Positions 57,560-64,000 of a DNA stretch of 64,000 nucleotides are shown here, one piece after another; position 1 is the stretch's first letter; each line of letters starts with the position of its first letter. Below the pieces are notes generated by a model. It saw only the letters and a program-made list of their open reading frames with translations, searched no databases and had not been told where the DNA came from. The position numbers and the translations under genes were made by a program. The DNA is from Patescibacteria group bacterium (lineage in GTDB: Bacteria > Patescibacteriota > Patescibacteriia > UBA2591 > UBA4787): assembly GCA_028715115.1 (NCBI GenBank), contig JAQUSN010000001.1:3314-67313 (forward strand). The letters are read 5' to 3'.

Positions 57560-58225
57560 CTAAATTATGTCAAGTCTAATTTTAATTCTTTCCCCAGAGG
57601 CTGGCAACCTGGCCTTCTGGCTCCAGGAGTTGATTATTTTTGAGCTTTGTAAGTTGGGTAGAGTTCGCAAATAATCCTTTGCTTCGTCAACCGTCTTGTT
57701 CACTAATTGATTTTTTATTTTCGCAAAATCATAAACGGGAATTACCTCATTAGTGACAAAAAATGTTACTATCGCCGTCTCTTTCACTGGATCAAAGGCC
57801 GTAACCTGAGAACTATAAATAACGAATTTATCCTTTAACGGCGCCCGATCTCCATATGTGGTGTCGATTAGCTTCTGTTTGAATAAGGCATCCAAATCAG
57901 ACAAACGGCAGGTTAAAAGTCGATTAGTCTGCGGGTCAAATAGCTTGTCACTCAAAAAATATCTTCTAGTATTAATCTTTTGACCGCGGACAACTATACC
58001 GGGGACAGTGTCCAGCTGATAAATACCTTCTTTTATAGAAGAGTCTATTCTAACTAATTGTTCCGCACCATACGGCTCTCTGTTCACCCGTAAAATAACC
58101 TGCGCTGAAGGTAAAAAAAATAAACCCGCCACTATTAAAAGGATAACAAATAATCCCAAAAAAACAAGGGCGATAAAACGATGGTGCTGAAATTGCGTTT
58201 CCGATTTAATGGCCTTATTAAGCAT
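57560..58225 (-). CDS. Membrane-anchored hypothetical protein
   Basis: N-terminal TM helix; follows murB. Confidence 0.65.
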   Translation of the reverse strand: MLNKAIKSETQFQHHRFIALVFLGLFVILLIVAGLFFLPSAQVILRVNREPYGAEQLVRIDSSIKEGIYQLDTVPGIVVRGQKINTRRYFLSDKLFDPQTNRLLTCRLSDLDALFKQKLIDTTYGDRAPLKDKFVIYSSQVTAFDPVKETAIVTFFVTNEVIPVYDFAKIKNQLVNKTVDEAKDYLRTLPNLQSSKIINSWSQKARLPASGERIKIRLDII

Positions 58226-58227
58226 AA

Positions 58228-59151
58228 TTAGATTATCTCCACCTCTTCTTTTATTTTAATTTTAAATTTTTTAAAAACCGCTAATTTGGCCAGCTTAATC
58301 ATCCTCAAAACATCCCTAGCCTTGCCTTGACCTAAATTTACTATGAAATTGGCATGCTTGGGACTAATCTGGATTTGCCCGATTTTTTTACCCTTAAGAC
58401 CAGATTTATCTATTAGCCAAGCCGCGGGAATGAGACCAGTTTTAGTGATATTAACAAGCTCTGGATATTTTTTAAGTAAGGGCTGATGTTTTCTCGAAAA
58501 GGTAATATTTTTAAAAATACAACCGGCGCTGGGCTCGCAAGGCTGGCCAGATCTTTTGAATAAAATTTCGTGAATTTGTTTTTTGATTAAATTCTTATCG
58601 CCCCCTTTAAGCTCTATCTCTACCTCTAAAACAATAAGCAAACGATTTTGTTTAAAAATACTATCTCGATAAGAAAACCTGCACTCTTTATTGGAAAAAT
58701 TTTTTTTCGCTAATTTAGGATCAATAATTAAAACTCTTTTTACCACGTCGGCCATCGAACCGCCAAAAGCGCCAGCATTACCGCGAATCGCTCCGCCCAC
58801 CGTGCCCGGGATCCCGGCCGCCCACTCTAAACCGCTTAATCCGTTTTTAGCCGCCAAGCTTACTAATTGCGCCAAAGGCATATTAGCGCCAACTGATAAT
58901 TTTTTGCCCGATATTTTATTTTCGTTTAATTTAATCTTAATTACCAAGCCGTTAAATCCTTTATCAGGAACCAATAAATTGCTTCCACCGCCCAAAATAA
59001 AATGTTTTAATTTGTTTTTCTTGGCCCATTTAAGGGCGTTAATCAGTTCATTGGCTGATTTTGCCAGAAAAAAATATTTGGCCGGTCCGCCAATTTTAAA
59101 AGTAGTATAATGTTTTAAATCGACGTTTTGATTAATCTTTAGATTGGCCAT
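58228..59151 (-). CDS. murB: UDP-N-acetylmuramate dehydrogenase
   Basis: TTFKIGG, GGGSN, GIPGTVGGA, SAGCIFKN, HANFIVN. Confidence 0.96.
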   Translation of the reverse strand: MANLKINQNVDLKHYTTFKIGGPAKYFFLAKSANELINALKWAKKNKLKHFILGGGSNLLVPDKGFNGLVIKIKLNENKISGKKLSVGANMPLAQLVSLAAKNGLSGLEWAAGIPGTVGGAIRGNAGAFGGSMADVVKRVLIIDPKLAKKNFSNKECRFSYRDSIFKQNRLLIVLEVEIELKGGDKNLIKKQIHEILFKRSGQPCEPSAGCIFKNITFSRKHQPLLKKYPELVNITKTGLIPAAWLIDKSGLKGKKIGQIQISPKHANFIVNLGQGKARDVLRMIKLAKLAVFKKFKIKIKEEVEII

Positions 59152-59295
59152 TCAAACAAAAAATTGTTTAGTTATTAAATTATAGCGAAAATTTTTAAAA
59201 AATCAAATCCTTTATCCACAAGAAATTGGGACTATTGGCAAAATTAAAATTTAGCATATAATCAAGAAGGATACTTAACATTAAAAACCATATTT

Positions 59296-60228
59296 ATGGA
59301 CCATCCTTCAACCGTTCAAAAAATCGAGGGAAACGGCATTAGCTGGATTAACGTCTCTAAGATCGGTTCAGAAGAAATGAAGTATTTGGAAAAAACTTTT
59401 AATTTCCGTCCACTTCATTTAGCTGATTGTTTTTCACCGCTACAACGCCCTAAGGTTAATCTTCAAAATGATTACTTGTTTATGGTGTTGCTTTTCCCTG
59501 TTTATCGGCGCAAGACCAGGGAAATTATCACGGCCGAATTAGACGTTTTTATTGGTAAAGATTACTTGGTCACAGCTCATAATAATGACTTGTCTCCGTT
59601 GATTAATTTGTTTAACCTCTGCCAAATCAACGAAAACCAACGGCAAAAATATTTTAAAAATAATCCAACCTTCCTAATTTACGAAGTCCTTAATCGCCTT
59701 TGCTGTTATTGCCAACCGATTTTAGATGACATGCAACTGGCCACGGCCAGTATTGAAGAGCATATTTTCCGCGGCTATGAACGCCGCATGGTCAGGGAAA
59801 TTCTAATCGTTAAAAGAAACATAATTAATTTAAGACAAATCACGCGAGTTCATGAATCTGTTTTAAGCCAATTCGTCACTAAAGGAGAAAAGTTCTTGGA
59901 TTTTAGCGGTATTAAAGCTAATTTTTTAGAACTTATCGAAAGTACCGGCGACATGTGGAATCTTCTAGAAAACCTTTATCAAAATATCGAAGCCTTAGAA
60001 GAAACCAACAACTCTCTCGTTTCTTTTCGGCTTAACGATATCGTAAAAATTTTAACCACCATTTCCGTTCTAGCCCTGCCAATTACAATCGTTACCAGCC
60101 TTTTCAGCATGAATATCCATCATAGTCCGCTTATCGATTATCCGGCCGCTTTCTGGATCTTAATCAGCGGCATGATTATACTTTTCGCCTTCTTGCTTTT
60201 TTACGTTAAAAGAAAAAAATGGATTTAA
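59296..60228 (+). CDS. corA: CorA-family Mg2+ transporter
   Basis: [17 protein letters not shown] (variant of GMN), two C-terminal TM helices. Confidence 0.88.
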   Translation: MDHPSTVQKIEGNGISWINVSKIGSEEMKYLEKTFNFRPLHLADCFSPLQRPKVNLQNDYLFMVLLFPVYRRKTREIITAELDVFIGKDYLVTAHNNDLSPLINLFNLCQINENQRQKYFKNNPTFLIYEVLNRLCCYCQPILDDMQLATASIEEHIFRGYERRMVREILIVKRNIINLRQITRVHESVLSQFVTKGEKFLDFSGIKANFLELIESTGDMWNLLENLYQNIEALEETNNSLVSFRLNDIVKILTTISVLALPITIVTSLFSMNIHHSPLIDYPAAFWILISGMIILFAFLLFYVKRKKWI

Positions 60229-60229
60229 T

Positions 60230-61615
60230 ATGCAACTATTTAATACTTTAACTAGAAAAAAAGAAGAATTTACTCCCATCAAACCGCCTTACGTCGGTAT
60301 GTATACTTGCGGACCGACGGTTTATAATTTTGCTCACATCGGCAATTTACGCGCCTATCTTTTTGAAGACTTATTGAAAAAAACCTTATCTTACAACGGC
60401 TATCAAGTTCACCATGTAATGAATATTACCGACGTTGGCCACCTGATCTCTGATTCAGATGCTGGCGAAGACAAAATCGAAAAAGCCGCGAGCGAAAAAA
60501 AACAAAGCCCACAAGCAATTGCCGAATTTTACACCAAGGCTTTTCAAAAAAATCTGTGCGACTTAAACATTGCCGACCCCGATATTTGGTGTAAGGCTAC
60601 CGAACACATCCAAGAGCAAGTCGAATTAATAAAAAGACTAGAAAAAAATGATTATACTTATATTGGATTAAGCGGAAATGTTTATTTCAATGCCTGCAAA
60701 TTTAAAAATTACGGCGACTTGGCTAAATTAAATCTGGAAGAACAGAAAGCTGGCGCGCGAACGGAGATAGATTCAGAAAAAAAACATCCACACGATTTTG
60801 TCTTGTGGTTTTCGGTCAACGGTTCAAAGTTTAAAAACCACTTATTAAAATGGCCATCGCCCTGGGGTGAAGGTTGGCCCGGTTGGCACATTGAATGTAG
60901 TGCCATGAGCATGAAATATTTAGGTGAACAGTTTGACATCCACTGCGGCGGGATTGATCATATACCCGTTCATCATACTAATGAAATAGCGCAGAGCGAA
61001 GCGGCTACTGGCAAAAAATGGGTTAATTATTGGCTACATAACGAATTTCTTTTGCTAGATAAAGAAAAAATGGCCAAATCAGCCGGCGGATTTATTACCC
61101 TGGAAAACCTAATAAACAAGGGCTTTAATCCACTGGCGTATCGTTATTTATGTTTAACTGCTCATTATCGTTCACAGCTAAATTTTTCTTGGCAATCTTT
61201 GGAAGGAGCGCAAAATGCCTTGAACAAACTTTACCAAACTATCGCCAATTTTGATAAGGCCAATGGCGTTGATCCGGAATATAAAAAAGAATTTGTGGAA
61301 GCGATTAGCGACGATCTTGATTCGCCCAAAGCCGTGGCCCTGGCCTGGGAATTACTGAAAAGCGATTTGCCCGAAGAGATTAAACTGGGCACATTATTTG
61401 ATTTTGATAAAGTTTTAAGTTTAGATTTAGAAAAAAAATGGCGCGAAACTAAAAACATTCCTCAAGAAATAAAAGATTTAGCCAAAGAACGAGAAAACGC
61501 TCGCGCAAATAAAGACTGGGCTAGGTCTGATGACTTGCGAAAAAAAATACAAGAACTCGGTTACTCGGTTGAAGACACGCCTGACGGCAACTTGGTCAAA
61601 AAGATGAACCAATAA
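60230..61615 (+). CDS. cysS: Cysteine-tRNA ligase
   Basis: CGPTVY, HIGN, GWHIECS, KMAKS. Confidence 0.97.
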   Translation: MQLFNTLTRKKEEFTPIKPPYVGMYTCGPTVYNFAHIGNLRAYLFEDLLKKTLSYNGYQVHHVMNITDVGHLISDSDAGEDKIEKAASEKKQSPQAIAEFYTKAFQKNLCDLNIADPDIWCKATEHIQEQVELIKRLEKNDYTYIGLSGNVYFNACKFKNYGDLAKLNLEEQKAGARTEIDSEKKHPHDFVLWFSVNGSKFKNHLLKWPSPWGEGWPGWHIECSAMSMKYLGEQFDIHCGGIDHIPVHHTNEIAQSEAATGKKWVNYWLHNEFLLLDKEKMAKSAGGFITLENLINKGFNPLAYRYLCLTAHYRSQLNFSWQSLEGAQNALNKLYQTIANFDKANGVDPEYKKEFVEAISDDLDSPKAVALAWELLKSDLPEEIKLGTLFDFDKVLSLDLEKKWRETKNIPQEIKDLAKERENARANKDWARSDDLRKKIQELGYSVEDTPDGNLVKKMNQ

Positions 61616-61617
61616 AA

Positions 61618-61690
61618 ACGCATATTTTCTCGGCCGAGAAAATATGCGTCATAATATAAAAACAGCTCTCAGAATTACGGGAGCTGTTTT
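61618..61690. terminator. Two hairpins between convergent genes
   Basis: ACGCATATTTTCTCGGCCGAGAAAATATGCGT (perfect palindrome) and AAAACAGCTC...GAGCTGTTTT. Confidence 0.65.
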
Positions 61691-61705
61691 TTATATTTTA
61701 AAAAA

Positions 61706-62271
61706 TTATTTAGAAATAGCCTGAAAAACCAGGTTTTTTATTTTCTTATTTTTGAATTTCATTTTTTTGACAATATTTTGGCCCTTTTTTGATAACCGAA
61801 AGTACATAAAAGCGATCTTCTTTAATGCTCTTTCTTGCCCGTTTCTTTTTAAAACCGACGGAATATTGTAAGCAAAAAAGGCTAAACTATCGGCATTTTT
61901 TAAAATGTCGGTGTTTCGATCTCCTCCAACTTCATGTTTCTTAATCAAAGCTACAGCATCTTTAATCAAAAATGATTGATAATGATGTTTTTTAATAAAT
62001 CAGCGGTAATTTTGGCTGATCGCAGGGCATGAGCCTTTTTGAATTGATTAATCTTTGAATAATCTTTAAGATCCCTCTCTGTAATTCCCGTAACCGCTCG
62101 CTCGATATCGTGTGTAATGGCCGCTATTTTAAGTGCGTCATTGGCTTTCGGGTTTAATTTTAAAACATATTTTAAAACCAAACGAGAATGCATAACCTCA
62201 AAATCAATTGGTGATTTAACTAAATTTTTTTCTACTTCTTTTCTAAATGAATTAAATTTTTTAATATCCAT
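61706..62271 (-). pseudogene. HD-domain (DUF4202-like) gene split by a single frameshift
   Basis: Frame 1 carries H..HDIER..HA..SA and frame 2 carries HE..ADSLAFF; adding one A in the run at 61988-61993 joins them. Confidence 0.7.
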
Positions 62272-62274
62272 AAT

Positions 62275-62499
62275 CTATTTTTTATTTAGAATCAACGCAA
62301 ATACAGCGGCGAGTAAAGCCAATAAATTCAGCGAAGCAATCATACTAATACCAGTGCGATAACCGTCAACAACAAGTAAGAGCACCCCCAAAGCATAACC
62401 AGCCACGAATAAATTTTGTAGATTATGATTTTTCTTTAAAAGCATTACTAATTGATAAAGCCAGGCCAAAACAATGATCACTAAACCAATAGTTGTCAT
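62275..62499 (-). CDS. Small 3-TM membrane protein
   Basis: 74 aa, hydrophobic. Confidence 0.65.
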   Translation of the reverse strand: MTTIGLVIIVLAWLYQLVMLLKKNHNLQNLFVAGYALGVLLLVVDGYRTGISMIASLNLLALLAAVFALILNKK

Positions 62500-62560
62500 A
62501 AATTTAAAATTAACTAATTAGATACCGACAATTTTAGCAAATCCAAAAATTTATTCAAGT

Positions 62561-64000
62561 TTAAAATTTAGCCAAGCGATACCAACGCATTGATAGAGCG
62601 TTTAGAACCACGCTTACCGAAGAAAAAGCCATAGCTGCCGCGGCCAGAGCTGGATTTAAAAGCCAGCCGGTTATAGGGTATAATATGCCAGCGGCCACGG
62701 GTATAGTAATCGTATTATAAAACATAGCCCAAAACAAATTTTGTTTAATTTTTCTAAGCGTATAGCGCGATAAACTCATAGCTCTCAACACGTCTTTCAA
62801 GTCATCCTTAATTAAAACTATCTCGCCCGTTTCTAGCGCTACGTCCGTACCAGAACCCAGGGCAATGCCCAAGTCTGCTTGCGCTAAGGCCGGCGCATCG
62901 TTTATCCCATCGCCGACCATGGCAACGACAAATCCTTGATCTTGAAGCTTTTTTATTTCTAAAGATTTATCTTGCGGTAAAACTTCGGCCAATATATTAT
63001 CAATGCCTAATTTTTGGCCAATTGCCCCAGCTGTTAATTGGTTGTCTCCGGTAATCATCGCTATCTTTATGTTTTGTTTTTTTAAAGCAGCGACTACATT
63101 ATTGGCGCTCGGTTTTAATTCGTCAGCCAACAAAATAACTCCTACTATGCCTTGTTCTTGCGTTACAAATAAATACGTGCCTATGGAATTTAACTTGTTA
63201 ACAAAAGAATTATCTAGCCCAACTAATAATTTCTTATTACCAAGCATGATTTTTTTATTTTTATTATCAAAGCCAATAATTCCTTGCCCTTCGATTTCTT
63301 GAAAATCTTTCACGGGGAATGTCTCTATCTTTTTTTCTTGAGAGTAAAGAGCAACAGCTTGCGATAACGGGTGATTAGAATTTTTCGCTAAAGAAGCAGC
63401 TATTTGAATAATTTCTTTCTCATTAAAACCAAGCGACGGATTAATGACAACTTCCTGCACTTCGGGCTCGCCTTTAGTTAAGGTTCCTGTTTTATCAAAA
63501 ACAACAAAATTAACTCTGCGACTAATTTCCAGCGCCTTGGCGCTTTTAATTAAAATGCCATTTTTCGCCGCCAAGCCTGTCCCCATCATTACAGCCGTCG
63601 GCGTAGCCAGGCCTAGGGCGCAAGGGCAGGCAATAACCAAAACTGCGACAAAAACCGTTAAAGCAAAAGACAAAGGATAACCTATAATTAGCCAAATAAA
63701 TAAGGCTAATAATGCAACTCCAATAACTGCTGGCACAAAATAAAAAGAAATTTTATCGGCCAAAAGCTGAATGGGCGCCTTAGAGCCCATGGCTTGTTCG
63801 ACAACTTTAATAATCTGGGCCAACATTGTGTCTTGACCTATCTTAGTAGCCCGAAATTTTAAAATGCCATTTTTATTAATCGTGGCGCCAATAATAGTGT
63901 CTCCTGCTTTTTTTTCTACTGGCAAACTTTCGCCAGTAATCATTTTTTCGTCGACACTCGAAGCTCCTTCGATAATTATCCCATCAGCCGGAACCCTTTC
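62561..64000 (-). CDS. copA: Copper-translocating P1B-type ATPase, 3' part
   Basis: TGES, CPCALGLATP, DKTGT, HP, GDGINDAPALA, YN..MAFSS; the frame stays open to the window end. Confidence 0.93.
   Translation of the reverse strand, partial: ERVPADGIIIEGASSVDEKMITGESLPVEKKAGDTIIGATINKNGILKFRATKIGQDTMLAQIIKVVEQAMGSKAPIQLLADKISFYFVPAVIGVALLALFIWLIIGYPLSFALTVFVAVLVIACPCALGLATPTAVMMGTGLAAKNGILIKSAKALEISRRVNFVVFDKTGTLTKGEPEVQEVVINPSLGFNEKEIIQIAASLAKNSNHPLSQAVALYSQEKKIETFPVKDFQEIEGQGIIGFDNKNKKIMLGNKKLLVGLDNSFVNKLNSIGTYLFVTQEQGIVGVILLADELKPSANNVVAALKKQNIKIAMITGDNQLTAGAIGQKLGIDNILAEVLPQDKSLEIKKLQDQGFVVAMVGDGINDAPALAQADLGIALGSGTDVALETGEIVLIKDDLKDVLRAMSLSRYTLRKIKQNLFWAMFYNTITIPVAAGILYPITGWLLNPALAAAAMAFSSVSVVLNALSMRWYRLAKF

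Overview
AT-rich bacterial chromosome segment, most likely Patescibacteria/CPR (Parcubacteria-like). That assignment is inferred from SD-less housekeeping genes, RpoA lacking the alpha-CTD, giant pilin/Ig-like proteins, alpha2-type GlyRS, type 2 IleRS and PduL. Most genes lie on the - strand. They include pduL (partial), pheT, pheS, a UvrD-nuclease fusion, tatD, glycosyltransferases, large surface proteins, rpsU, glyA/thyX/folD, ftsE, def, lemA/htpX, rpmG, tpiA, glyQS, tgt, recO, ileS, the infA-rpsI ribosomal cluster, murB, corA, cysS and copA (partial), plus six intact tRNAs. Two unexplained layers sit on this backbone. (1) Short palindromic elements are inserted in frame into enzymes and into conserved positions of tRNA genes. 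Five tRNAs have a broken same-isotype copy next to or around them, one intact tRNA-Thr is carried inside an inverted-repeat element within the broken tRNA, and a GIY-YIG nuclease is flanked by a duplicated tRNA 5' end. (2) Five GC-rich orphan genes each carry their own consensus promoter, strong Shine-Dalgarno site and terminator, oriented against the host genes, and two of them share near-identical expression signals. No CRISPR array, rRNA, transposase or integrase was seen.
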